DNA from: Candidatus Aenigmatarchaeota archaeon | Lineage (GTDB): Archaea > Aenigmatarchaeota > Aenigmatarchaeia > CG10238-14 > SCSR01 | Length of the DNA stretch: 64,000 nt | Reading direction: 5' to 3' | NCBI GenBank assembly: GCA_039000425.1 | Contig: JAWBPV010000004.1 | Location: forward strand, 9,845 to 73,844 | In this document: positions 27,371-37,800 of the stretch, in pieces | How the letters are laid out: each line of letters opens with the position of its first letter | Numbering within the stretch: the stretch's first letter is position 1 | Translations under genes and position numbers: made by a program | Notes under the pieces: generated by a model | What the model saw: only the letters and a program-made list of their open reading frames with translations | Databases searched by the model: none | Told to the model about the DNA's origin: nothing

Positions 27371-28204
27371 TTATTCTTCTTCATCTCCCGTTATCATTTT
27401 GTAAAATGCTTTACAAGTCTTAAATCCTCCATATTCTGATAAGGTATATAATGTATTACAAAAGGCTTCGTATGCCTCATATTCTTTTTTTTGAAGTTCT
27501 AGAGAATTCTTGACCGCTGCGATTATGATAGGCATATAAGGATTCATCTCGTAAGTTTCACAAGCTGAAGTTTCACTCCTTACATATTCCAAAAGTTTTT
27601 TGATATCTACTTTCCCGTTCTCCACATCTTCCATTAATTTCTTTGTTTTTGACATATATTCTTTAAAATCTTCATCATCCTCTATATATTCTTTACTCAC
27701 AACGTACTCTGATGCAATTTTCTTAAGATCTTCTTGCGGTTCTTGTGTTTTCATTTGGACTTGGGGAGAAACTTGAGGCTCTGTAGTTTTTTCTTGTTTT
27801 TTAATTTTTTCCAAGATCAAATTGAACTTTTCATCCAATTTTTTTTCAAGATCTTTGAGAGCATTCTGAATCTTTTCATCTATCCTTTCATCTATATGTT
27901 GCCAAATCGTTTTAGGTTTAGACTCTTTTTCAGGCGGATCGTCGATATCATTTCGCTTTAAGTACTCGCTAATTCTGCTAATTTCGTTTTCAATTTTTTT
28001 TAATCTCTTTTCATAATCTTTAAAAACATCTTGAATTCTGGTTGGAGCATATATTTGTTTGTAGGGCAACCCTCTAACTCCCTTCCTTTTAATTAAAATG
28101 TAAGCTTCATATGGGGTTTCTTCTAAGGGAATTAAAAAATCTCCATCCTCGTAAGATATCATTCTTCTCCTATGGTGTAAACGCTTAGCTTTTTTCCTTG
28201 CCAT
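27371..28204 (-). CDS. hypothetical protein (basic N-terminus, coiled middle)
   Basis: 277-aa ORF starting MARKKAKRLHHRRRMISYEDGDFLIPLEE. No family recognised. Confidence 0.5.
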   Translation of the reverse strand: MARKKAKRLHHRRRMISYEDGDFLIPLEETPYEAYILIKRKGVRGLPYKQIYAPTRIQDVFKDYEKRLKKIENEISRISEYLKRNDIDDPPEKESKPKTIWQHIDERIDEKIQNALKDLEKKLDEKFNLILEKIKKQEKTTEPQVSPQVQMKTQEPQEDLKKIASEYVVSKEYIEDDEDFKEYMSKTKKLMEDVENGKVDIKKLLEYVRSETSACETYEMNPYMPIIIAAVKNSLELQKKEYEAYEAFCNTLYTLSEYGGFKTCKAFYKMITGDEEE

Positions 28205-28297
28205 ATTTTCCCATGTAAGAATAAAACAGTTAATTATTTAAGCCTTTTCATTAACGAAGACAGAGCATTTTATTCCTTACAATTACAAATCTATTTT

Positions 28298-28816
28298 ATG
28301 GAAGTTTTTGGCTTAACTTTGCAAGAATTGATTTTCTCGATTTTTTTACCCTTCCTCTTATTCTATATCTTGATTTACGCTCTACTCACAAAATCTAAAA
28401 TTCTAGGCGAAAATGTTAATAAGCTTAATTCCATGCTCTCTCTTGTGATTTCAGCTTTAGGCATTTTTTCCCTTTACTCTTTAGGTCTCGCCTATTGGCT
28501 CCCTTTCTTCGCAGCTTTTCTAGCAGTCGCTGCTTTTGTTCTTGTGTATGTATTTGGTGTTGGTGGTTTAGCTTTTAAGAAAATTGGTAAGTATAAAGAA
28601 GAAGCAACTGGTGATAAGAAGAAATTTGAAGAAGGTGTTAAAAATTGTGAAGAGATATGGGAAAAGTTCAAAAGGGAAACCGATTTAACCAAAAAAGCCA
28701 TGATACTTGGGGAGATGAAGAATGAAGTGGAAAAGCTCAAACCTTTAGCAGAAAAATTGGGAGAAAATTTAGGGAAATATCAGTGGTATAGGGATTACGA
28801 AAAAATTAAGGTGTAA
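28298..28816 (+). CDS. membrane protein, LPF...KSKILG family member C
   Basis: 172 aa. LQELIFSIFLPFLLFYILIYALLTKSKILGENVNKLNS, plus a charged helical C-terminal tail. Confidence 0.6.
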   Translation: MEVFGLTLQELIFSIFLPFLLFYILIYALLTKSKILGENVNKLNSMLSLVISALGIFSLYSLGLAYWLPFFAAFLAVAAFVLVYVFGVGGLAFKKIGKYKEEATGDKKKFEEGVKNCEEIWEKFKRETDLTKKAMILGEMKNEVEKLKPLAEKLGENLGKYQWYRDYEKIKV

Positions 28817-28818
28817 AT

Positions 28819-29058
28819 GTGGAATTCGTGATTCAATTCTTGTTGTTCCTACTGTCTTTTTTGGTCTCTTATGGTTTTTTAAGGAAAGTTAAGATTTTTA
28901 ATCCTAGCGTGAACTTGATAATTTCTCTAGTAATAGCTTTTTACGTGCTGTTCGCCTCCACTTATTACCTAGAGAACGCAATCTTGATAATAGCTTATTC
29001 TTTCATCTCCCTATTGCTAATTTTTTCCGTAGCTTTATTGTACCGTTACAAAAAATAG
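28819..29058 (+). CDS. small membrane protein, family member D
   Basis: 79 aa, GTG start 3 nt after the upstream stop. MEFVIQFLLFLLSFLVSYGFLRKVKIFNPSVNLIISL matches the family motif. Confidence 0.5.
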   Translation: MEFVIQFLLFLLSFLVSYGFLRKVKIFNPSVNLIISLVIAFYVLFASTYYLENAILIIAYSFISLLLIFSVALLYRYKK

Positions 29059-29088
29059 GATTTATATTTACATTTTCAAATATAGATT

Positions 29089-30000
29089 ATGGAGAAATTT
29101 GAAGGAAATTTGAAAGAAAAAGTTATTTTCTCCTTTTCAGTTCTGTTAATAACAGCACTTATTTTTAACTTGGCTCAAGGCCAGGATGTTTTTGGACAAA
29201 TAACATCTGCTCTAAAAGATTATTGGGGATTAATATTCATTTTAATCTTCGTTTTAATCCTTCTAGCTCTTGGTGGTGTTTTGAAAAGACCGAAAGGAGG
29301 AATGCCAACAGGTCTTATAATATTCATAATCCTGATAGTTTTGTTGTTCATTTTACCACAGTTTGTACCATATCCCCAATACTTGGAAGTTCCAGAAAGC
29401 TTTAGGTACTATAAATTACCAGATCCTGCTGTAGAAGTTTTAGGATACATTGGAATACCAAGAGACTGGGGTTATGTACCAGCGATAATCTATTTGTTCA
29501 TATTACCTTTTACGGCAATTTACACTCTAGTTTGGGCTTTTCTATCTTCTCTTAAAATATTCGAGGGAATGCCGAGGGTTAACGTTGTTCTTGCTTTTGT
29601 GATAACTTTTATGACAATTCCGATGGGTTGGTTCGTGAAAATGGTATGGGTCTTATTCAGTTTTGTAGGCGCTTGGTCTGTCGCAGTTTTCGTCGCAGTT
29701 TTCGTTTTAGGGATAATGTTTAGAGGTTATGGTATAGTTACTGGCGAATACTACAGAGCTTCGGCTAGGAAATGGAGGGAAGAAGCTAAAAAATTCTTGA
29801 GACAAGCTCAAGATGACCTTGAGTACAACAGGGAAGGGTCTGCTATAAATAATCTTGAAGCGGCTAGACACATAGCAGGTTTTTCACAAACTTATTACAC
29901 AAGGATAGCAGAAGCCCTGAACGCTTTGCAACAAAAACCTGCAGGCTACTTGCAAACAGCCAAAGATGCTGTAAAAGAAGCTTTGAAAGAGTTGGGATGA
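29089..30000 (+). CDS. polytopic membrane protein, LPF-family member E with helical C-terminal tail
   Basis: 303 aa. IIYLFILPFTAIYTLVWAFLSSLKIFEG and GAWSVAVFVAVFVLG. Lies directly upstream of the second platform gene. Confidence 0.6.
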   Translation: MEKFEGNLKEKVIFSFSVLLITALIFNLAQGQDVFGQITSALKDYWGLIFILIFVLILLALGGVLKRPKGGMPTGLIIFIILIVLLFILPQFVPYPQYLEVPESFRYYKLPDPAVEVLGYIGIPRDWGYVPAIIYLFILPFTAIYTLVWAFLSSLKIFEGMPRVNVVLAFVITFMTIPMGWFVKMVWVLFSFVGAWSVAVFVAVFVLGIMFRGYGIVTGEYYRASARKWREEAKKFLRQAQDDLEYNREGSAINNLEAARHIAGFSQTYYTRIAEALNALQQKPAGYLQTAKDAVKEALKELG

Positions 30001-30028
30001 TTTATTTCGGGAAAAACTAAATTAAATT

Positions 30029-32155
30029 ATGAAATTTTTTGGTTCGAGAAGTAAGAGTTTCGAAAGAAAAGGTATTTCTAAAGAGTATGTGGAATTCTTG
30101 CTCCAAGAACAAAGGTTGAAAGAACCAACAAATTGGTACGAAAAGCTTTGTAAGTTTGCAGAGAAGCTTAAAGTTAAGCCCTCGAAATCGATGGAAGAAA
30201 ATCTAAATTTCCAAATACTTTTCTCTTCGTTAAACGTTTCACCTACCGGCGTGATTTCAGCAACGATACTTGTTCTCTTACTTTCTTTTTTGCTAGTTTC
30301 CCCAATCCTTCTATTCACAACTGATTTTTTAACAACTATTTTTTTCTTGTTTATTCCGATAGGATTAGCATGGTATATTTTTACTTATCCTTCCTTCATG
30401 GCTACAGTGAACAAAGTTCAAGCAGGGGATGAAGCTATAAAGATAATACTTTACATGGTTATTTACCTAAAGTTGAATCCAAGTCTTGAAGGTGCAGTTA
30501 ATTTTGCCGTTCAACATTCCAAAGGTCCAATAACAGAAGACATAAAAAAAGCGATGTGGGACTTACAAATCGGAAAATATAAAACTGTGGAAGAGGCTTT
30601 GGGGAAGTACACGCAAAAATGGGTTTGGTGGAACGAAGATTTTGTCAGGTCTTTAAGCTTGTTATACGGCGTTCTCATAGAGCCAACAGAAAAAGGAAGA
30701 GAAGATATAATGAGGAAAGCTTTGAACTTCATACTAGAATCGACTCATGCAAAGATGAAAACTTATGTGGAAGAAATAACTTCACCACTCATGATTTTAC
30801 ACATGATGGGGTTGTTGTTGCCTGTGATCGGACTCGTGATGTTCCCAATGATTTCAATTTTCCTCCATCAACAAGTGAGTACGCCCCAATTGATAATCGG
30901 ATACGTTGTGATATTGCCTTTTATGAATTACTTCTTGATAAACAGGATATTGCATAAAAGGCCTGGAGCTTTCATGGTTCCAGACATAAGTAAACATCCG
31001 AAGCTTCCGTCAGAGGATTATTTTGAGATTAAGATCGGAAGAACTAGGTTATGGATACCAATTTTCATTTTATCCTTGTTAATAGGTTTCGTGGTGATGA
31101 TACCAGGTTTATTACATTTTGCTGATTTAATAATAAACTTGAACTTTCCAACCCCAGACCTCAACCAGAGATTGGGTTGCTCCATGCAAATCTCTCCAAG
31201 GAAATGTATACTCATGAACGAGGCTAAGATGACCCCAGGGAATTTATTGGCAACTTTTTCGATAACAGGTGGTTTTGCTGTCATGGTCATACTTTACTTT
31301 TACTTGAGAAGTTTTCAAAGGATTAAGATAAGGAATGAAATAAAGAATATAGAAGAAGAGTTCAAACTAGGTCTTTTTTCCATAGGGAATTACCTTTCTG
31401 AAGGTTATCCTATAGAAGTTGGAATCGAAAAAACTATAGAAGAATATGAAAAACTCGGTATGCAAAAAAGACCAACCTACTCTTTCTTTCAAAAACTCTA
31501 TTACAACATAAAGAATTTTGGATTAACATTCAAGAGGGCTCTTTTCGATAAAGAGCACGGTGTTATAAAATTTTACCCTTCGGTTTTGATAAACGAGATA
31601 ATGAAAATACTTTCTGATGCTTCGGAAAAAAGTTCTGTTTTATTAGGCACTGTTTCAAAAACTATAGCTAGCTATCTTGAAAGCATATACACGATAGAAG
31701 CTAGGATAAAGGAATTGTTAGCCGAAACAAGATCTGCACTTAAAGTGCAAGCTAGTTTTATAATACCCATGATAACCGGAATAGTTGGCGCTTTAGCCAT
31801 GTTCATATTGGATATGCTTAGGATATTAGCTGAAAAACTTTCGGAAATAGAGAAGATGTTAGGGATAACTATGCTCCCAGGTGAAGGAGCGAAGTCTTTC
31901 ATAGACTTGTTGGTCGGCGGCTTTGAGAACATAGTGCCGTTAACAGCACTTCAAGCTGCTATAGGTATTTACACAGTCGAAGCTGTGAGTTTATTCTCTT
32001 TGTTGTTGAGTGGAATAGAGAACGGATTCGATAAAACAGCTAGGGATTGGGAAATTTCTCAAAATTTGATAACTGCTATCGTTCTCTACGGTCTCGTTAA
32101 CTTTTTGGCTTTGATAGTTTTCTTGAACCTTGGTAAAACGATAGCTCAAACTTAG
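30029..32155 (+). CDS. second pilus platform membrane protein (FlaJ/TadC-like paralog)
   Basis: 708 aa. Shares WYEKLCKF, SPTGVIS and KGPITEDIKKAMWDLQIGK blocks with 15710-17644. Polytopic. No adjacent ATPase. Confidence 0.75.
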   Translation: MKFFGSRSKSFERKGISKEYVEFLLQEQRLKEPTNWYEKLCKFAEKLKVKPSKSMEENLNFQILFSSLNVSPTGVISATILVLLLSFLLVSPILLFTTDFLTTIFFLFIPIGLAWYIFTYPSFMATVNKVQAGDEAIKIILYMVIYLKLNPSLEGAVNFAVQHSKGPITEDIKKAMWDLQIGKYKTVEEALGKYTQKWVWWNEDFVRSLSLLYGVLIEPTEKGREDIMRKALNFILESTHAKMKTYVEEITSPLMILHMMGLLLPVIGLVMFPMISIFLHQQVSTPQLIIGYVVILPFMNYFLINRILHKRPGAFMVPDISKHPKLPSEDYFEIKIGRTRLWIPIFILSLLIGFVVMIPGLLHFADLIINLNFPTPDLNQRLGCSMQISPRKCILMNEAKMTPGNLLATFSITGGFAVMVILYFYLRSFQRIKIRNEIKNIEEEFKLGLFSIGNYLSEGYPIEVGIEKTIEEYEKLGMQKRPTYSFFQKLYYNIKNFGLTFKRALFDKEHGVIKFYPSVLINEIMKILSDASEKSSVLLGTVSKTIASYLESIYTIEARIKELLAETRSALKVQASFIIPMITGIVGALAMFILDMLRILAEKLSEIEKMLGITMLPGEGAKSFIDLLVGGFENIVPLTALQAAIGIYTVEAVSLFSLLLSGIENGFDKTARDWEISQNLITAIVLYGLVNFLALIVFLNLGKTIAQT

Positions 32156-32163
32156 GTGGAAAA

Positions 32164-32553
32164 ATGGAAGTTGGTAAGATGTTGACTTATCTCATGTTCA
32201 TTTTAATTCCTATAGTAGCTATGCTTGTTTACATTTCAATTTCAAGCAAACTTTTTCCAGAATGTAGGGAAAAAATAACCGGAAGTAAATTTTCAATTCT
32301 AGGTTATTTATCAAAATGTGTTGAATATTGTTGGTCAAAACACGATTTCGGTGGAGATGTTTATTCGGACGATTGTTTTTTGATCGAAGTGAATCCAACA
32401 GATAAAATAGAAAAAAATGAAATTGAGAAATTTTTAGGAAGAAACGTTAAAGTTTATTTCAACACTTTAGAAGCCAATTCAATTCAAAAGCTTAAGATAA
32501 GGTACAATTCAACCGGAAAAGAAATAAGTTTGATTTTAGTAGAAATTCAATAG
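32164..32553 (+). CDS. small N-terminally anchored protein, CW...C[FY] family
   Basis: 129 aa. LTYLMFILIPIVAMLVYISI helix, then CVEYCWSKHDFGGDVYSDDCFLIEV. Confidence 0.55.
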   Translation: MEVGKMLTYLMFILIPIVAMLVYISISSKLFPECREKITGSKFSILGYLSKCVEYCWSKHDFGGDVYSDDCFLIEVNPTDKIEKNEIEKFLGRNVKVYFNTLEANSIQKLKIRYNSTGKEISLILVEIQ

Positions 32554-32584
32554 CTATTTCTTGAAAGAAAGGATAAATAAAATT

Positions 32585-33079
32585 ATGAAAGGAATCGCTA
32601 TTTCCACTATAGCTTTATTTCTGATAGCAATAGCTTCAATAGTCGTTCTCATATCCTTCGTTGGAACAAATCTACCAGCAGCTTTGAAAGAACTCTATTG
32701 CTCCCTATTTCAAGGTATAGCTGGTTTTTTACCTTTACCAGAATATATGAAATCATCCCCACCAAGTTTTTGTAAATCTACACAAATCCAAAAAGTTTTT
32801 TATATAGAAGCTTCAGATCCCGAAAGGATATCTTTTGAGATAGCCAGCCATGTTTTGGCTTGCTGGGAGATCACAGGTAAGATAGGAGTTGATCAGAACA
32901 CGAACTGCTACGAGATTGTTATAAAAAGGATAAACGGTATCGTTGATGAAGATAGCGTTAAATCAAATTTACCAAAAGATTACAAGGGAATAATGAAATG
33001 GGAGGCAGGGGAAATAACAACTCCAAAATCCATAGGTATTTTTTACAATTCAACCAGCAAGTTGATAACGGTGATTTGA
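32585..33079 (+). CDS. pilin-like protein, CW...C[FY] family
   Basis: ATG at 32585 gives MKGIAISTIALFLIAIASIVVLISF. Ectodomain has SHVLACWEITGKIGVDQNTNCYEIVI. Confidence 0.6.
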   Translation: MKGIAISTIALFLIAIASIVVLISFVGTNLPAALKELYCSLFQGIAGFLPLPEYMKSSPPSFCKSTQIQKVFYIEASDPERISFEIASHVLACWEITGKIGVDQNTNCYEIVIKRINGIVDEDSVKSNLPKDYKGIMKWEAGEITTPKSIGIFYNSTSKLITVI

Positions 33080-33080
33080 A

Positions 33081-33482
33081 ATGAAAGGAATGGCTTTGGA
33101 ATATGTGTTTAAAATGTTTTTGTATGTTGTTGTGGTTATCGTTGTGATAAGTTTGATAATACATTTCAGAGAAGAGATATCTTCTTCCTTAAAACTTTGT
33201 GAATATTTGTCGATTGGTTGCGGAGAAGAAAAATGTGAAACGATTCAAGCAAGCGAAGATAGGTTGGAAGAAAAAGTGATAAAGAAATATTGTGATCTAT
33301 GCTGGAGGAAAACTGGAAGTAAAGATTATGGAAAAGATTGTTTTTGTTATATAGTGAGCGGAAGCTTTTTTGTAAACAATTACAACTTACCCGAATACTG
33401 TGAAATGGAGTGTAGAAAAGATGCTACCAGTTTGATCTTTATCTACAACAGCTTAATGAAGAAAGTTTTCGTACAGTGTTGA
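33081..33482 (+). CDS. pilin-like protein, Cys-rich, CW...C[FY] family
   Basis: 133 aa. MKGMALEYVFKMFLYVVVVIVVISLI, then YCDLCWRKTGSKDYGKDCFCYIVSG. Confidence 0.6.
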   Translation: MKGMALEYVFKMFLYVVVVIVVISLIIHFREEISSSLKLCEYLSIGCGEEKCETIQASEDRLEEKVIKKYCDLCWRKTGSKDYGKDCFCYIVSGSFFVNNYNLPEYCEMECRKDATSLIFIYNSLMKKVFVQC

Positions 33483-33483
33483 T

Positions 33484-33930
33484 ATGAAAGGGTTGGCTTT
33501 AGATTATGTTTTTGTGATGATGGTTGGCGTTGTAGTTATTTGCGTGGCCGTAGCTATTATAGCAGGCTTTTTAAAACTTGAATTCATATTTAAACCTAAA
33601 TGGATAACTGAAGTCAAATACGCTTGTTCCAAATACAACAACAGCAAAATAAATCTTGAAAATCTAAAAGTTGTGATCTATGGTTTTTTAACAGGTCAGT
33701 GCAACGATTTTTATTCACAGCTAACCCAAGACATAAAATTCGAAGATGTTAAAAGAATAGTGGGAGAAATTGACGGTAAGGTGAATGTGATTTTGTTGAG
33801 AGAGTGTGAATTCTTAAAAACCAACACACATTCAGTTTACGTTTGTTGTGATAAGTTTGAGTCTGGAGAAAGTATTAATATAAAAAGAAGAGAAATTAAA
33901 AATAGTGATGTCTTGGTTTGTAAGAAGTGA
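33484..33930 (+). CDS. pilin-like protein
   Basis: 148 aa. MKGLALDYVFVMMVGVVVICVAVAII. Starts 1 nt after the upstream stop. Confidence 0.6.
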   Translation: MKGLALDYVFVMMVGVVVICVAVAIIAGFLKLEFIFKPKWITEVKYACSKYNNSKINLENLKVVIYGFLTGQCNDFYSQLTQDIKFEDVKRIVGEIDGKVNVILLRECEFLKTNTHSVYVCCDKFESGESINIKRREIKNSDVLVCKK

Positions 33931-34831
33931 AATCGGTAGGAAAGGTATAAATGCTTTAGAAATAGTTTTCGCCATGTTCATCTTGATAGTTGTAACGCTG
34001 GTCGTGATAAGGCTTTTTACAACGACAGTTACAAGAGAAACTTTACCGAACATAGAAGATTTCAGGAAAACTTACAATTACGATAAAGAAAAAAGTAAAT
34101 GTAACAATTTGTGCTCTTCTTACCAAAGTGAAAATTGTGAGTTGAGTGCAGCAGTTAACTATTGCCAGCAAAAGATATCAATAGACATAGATGGGAATTT
34201 CAGGACAAACGAGAGGAATCATGGCGGCTTGATAGCGGGTGTGCCTTACTGCGAAGATGGCCTTTATTGTTTTCATATAACTTCTTGTGAGTGTGGTTTT
34301 GTACTCGATGCTAAAACATGTTTAGAGATCATGAAAGAGTATTATGTAAACCAATTGGGTTTATCTGAAGATGAAGCGAAACAGATAATAGTCAACAAAA
34401 TAACTCCAGGCACATGCGACCGAAACCCTGCAAGATGGGGTGTTAAATTTTATCAAGGCTATAAGCCGATAAAACCAAGTGATGAAGAATGTAGAAGGTA
34501 TAGATTGGATCCGGGTTGCAATTTGCCGTCTGATTGGTGGTGGTGGAAAGCTGGTTATGGTGATATAGCACAAGAAATTGGAGTCTTGAAAGGTGGGATA
34601 TCCCCATATCCCTTGTTTTACTGTATTAGTGGAGATAGAAAAATTGAATGCAAATGGGTTGGTTGTCCTTTAGGAAAAATTCATATTTTCTTGAGTGATG
34701 GTAGTGTTTATGAAGATGAGGATAAGCCAATTGGTGATGTTATTTTTGGTCCGCTTAACAAAGGAAGTTACTCAGCAGTTCTTGTTTGTGGTGGAAAAAC
34801 GGCAAGTTCCGGATTAATTCTCATTGATTAA
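33908..34831 (+). CDS. pilin-like protein with Cys-rich ectodomain
   Basis: 307 aa from ATG 33908. ...SEIGRKGINALEIVFAMFILIVVTLVVIRLF (RKG + helix), followed by many Cys. Confidence 0.6.
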   Translation: MSWFVRSEIGRKGINALEIVFAMFILIVVTLVVIRLFTTTVTRETLPNIEDFRKTYNYDKEKSKCNNLCSSYQSENCELSAAVNYCQQKISIDIDGNFRTNERNHGGLIAGVPYCEDGLYCFHITSCECGFVLDAKTCLEIMKEYYVNQLGLSEDEAKQIIVNKITPGTCDRNPARWGVKFYQGYKPIKPSDEECRRYRLDPGCNLPSDWWWWKAGYGDIAQEIGVLKGGISPYPLFYCISGDRKIECKWVGCPLGKIHIFLSDGSVYEDEDKPIGDVIFGPLNKGSYSAVLVCGGKTASSGLILID

Positions 34832-34835
34832 TGTT

Positions 34836-34852
34836 TTAATTTTTAAAATTAA
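34836..34852 (+). promoter_or_regulatory. AT-only 17-nt palindrome / candidate TATA region upstream of the 1015-aa gene
   Basis: ttaatttt-t-aaaattaa read directly, lying 11-27 nt upstream of ATG 34863. AT-rich background makes chance occurrence plausible. Confidence 0.25.
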
Positions 34853-34862
34853 ATAATTAATT

Positions 34863-37800
34863 ATGGATAGTTGGTGTAAATTTTCTATTTTCTCATTGTT
34901 GACAATATTAGTACTTATAACTATTCCAAACACTGGCTTTGGAGACTGTAGACTTTTTTACATATCTAACTCAGATTGTTCTTATTTTTATTATGTACCG
35001 TCTGGACCTGGGTATGCTGCTGCTTTATGTACTATTAATAAAAAACCCGTAGAAAGTTATAGAAATTATCAGTATACTCAGTGTAGTGAAACTTATGCAT
35101 CTGGAAAAGCAAACGCGTGTCCACCTATTTCTCATTCATATTTTAATGGAAAACCATGTTATATACACAAGGATTGTTTTGTAGGTTATTGTACATACAA
35201 AGAATATGAAGGCAGATGGTCTGCAAGCACAAAAGAGTGTGTGAAATGTGAAGGTAGGATGAAGCGATATGTGTATGGAAATGCTGAAAAAATTTGTGTT
35301 GATTGTTCAGGAAATATTCTTTGTTATCATGGAACGTATGTATGTGAATCTGCTTGTGGTGCTCCATCGGAATGTGACGATAAAAAACCTGGTGATCCTA
35401 TTCCAGGTGGTTATTGTGATAGTAATTGCAATCCTGTGTTAACATGTGATAGTTCTAGCTATAATTCTTGTAGTTCTGCTTACAATTTTGGAAGTACCTC
35501 TGGAACAAAAACCGATATGTGTGGGGCAGATCAATATTACAAAGTTTCAACACCACCCGGAAAGAAATGTGATATAAAATGGACTGTAACCCCAGATGGC
35601 AATGCTGATTATGATCTATACGTGAAATGGTCTTCGGTTTGTCCATCAACTTCAAACTACGATTGTATATCTAGAGCCGGAACTGGAAGACAAGATAGCT
35701 GTTCAAAAAACGAACACATAGGGGAAACTTATGCTCTGGTTCATAAATATGGTGGAAGCGGAGCTTATACTGTTTCTGTTTCCATTAGTAATTGTGTTGA
35801 TGTTGTAACTACCACAACTTCTTCAACCACCACCTCAACCACAACAATTCCGGATTGCCGTAAGTGTGAAATTCGAAACTTACAATGTCCGTCTACAGTT
35901 AACCCAGGTGAAGATTTTAACATAAAATTCGAGTTCTACGGTACAGGACCAACATACAAATACGAGCACAGAAGTTTATGGTTAGGTGGAAATAGGATAG
36001 GTTGTCATTATGGTGTGGATCATCCGGATTGTCAATGGCACCTAGATAGCTTCGTAGTGACAGCACCATCAACTCCAGGAACTTACACTTACACTGTAAA
36101 ATGTTACGGATACTCTTCTTCATCAGAAAGTTATTGTAGCCCAACTTACCAAGATGATTACAAATCTTGCACAGTTACTGTGCGAGAAACCACTACAACA
36201 ACCTCCACAACATCCACAACAACCACCATACCAGAAGATGACCCATGTGACAATTCTGGAACATGGAAGAAATATGGAATTTATTGTTGCGAAGGAGGAG
36301 ATTGTTCAAATGATGAATCAAAAGTAAGAGGAGTGTGTATAGATAAAAGTACTTACGAGCAAAACAAAGATAAGTTTGATTTAGTTAGAGCTGGTTCAAA
36401 CGAACATTGTGTTAAATGTAAAAATAGTGATTGTTGCCATGAATTCAGAAGCTTTTGTTTTGATTATTCTTCAAGCTCACCAACTGGTTGTATAGGTCGC
36501 AGAGGAATTGTAACATCAACTTGTGCTGACAAAAATGGAAACACGTGTGATTTATTATCAGCCCTTAAAGGGTGTGATTTAAAAGAAGAAATGTCTAAGC
36601 TTGGTCAATTATATTGCGCTTTTTGTCGAAATCCTCCGACAACCACAACAACCCAACCTACCACATCTACCACAACAACCCAACCTACCACATCTACCAC
36701 AACAACCACCATACCAGAAGATGACCCATGTGACAATTCTGGAACATGGAAGAAAGCTTCAATTTATTGTTATGAAGGTGATGTTAGAGAAGAGAATAAG
36801 AGAGGTTTTTGCTTGGATAAGAGTGTAGCAGAACAGAGGAGTGATTTGGAAATCGTTAGATATGGTGCTCAACAACATTGTGTTAAATGTAAAGCAAATA
36901 GTTGTTGTTTTGATTTAAGAAGTTTTTGTTTCGAATACAACGCAACAGAACCTACAGGCTGTAGTTATCCAGGTAGCGTAACAAGCAGGTGTGGAGATGA
37001 AGGTGGTAATGTTTGTTCACATCCTTCGCAAGTTGGGGAAAATTGTGTGATCAAAGAGAATAAAGATAAACTTGGTTTATGGTATTGCTATGCATGTCCT
37101 TCTGCCAAGAAAATAGAATGTGAAGAATGTTATGCTAGGTCAGAATGTAAATGTGAGTTGAAAACAACTTGCGATAATGGTTTTTGGATTTTACAGAATC
37201 AACAAGGCAAGCCTTTGGATTCTATGGTGAATTCTCCAATTCCACCATACCAAATAGATTTTGAGCCGAATTCAAGTGGAAAAATATTGATAACTGCTAT
37301 CTGCTTCAAAAATACACAACCCCAAACTTTTCAACATATTTTAGAAGTTAAAGAACCTTTCTTGGAATGTGACGAAGATTGTAGAACTAGAGAGCCTTGC
37401 GAATGTAGAGTTAACGGATGTGAAGATGGATGGTTTAGCGCAGTTTTAGGAACAACTTTATTGAAATGGAAGGAAAAAATAAATAAGACAAGATTCAAGA
37501 CGTCCTTCATTTCAGAGAAGCCTGGTGTTGTTGAAGTTACTGTTCAATGTATTAGCCCGCAAACATATGAAGAAAAACAAGTTGTTGTAGGAGGAACGAT
37601 TCCAACGAGAAAATTCCAAGCGTTTAACTTCAGAGCAGAAAAGCAGGATAATACTATTAAAATAAAATTAGATTATTCCAACAATCTTGCTGAAGATGTG
37701 GTAATAGTTTTCACCTTAAGTAAAGAAGGAAAAACTATCAACAAAAAATATACAGCTATGATAGGCGATGGAACAGCGAGCTTATCTTTGGATTGCACCG

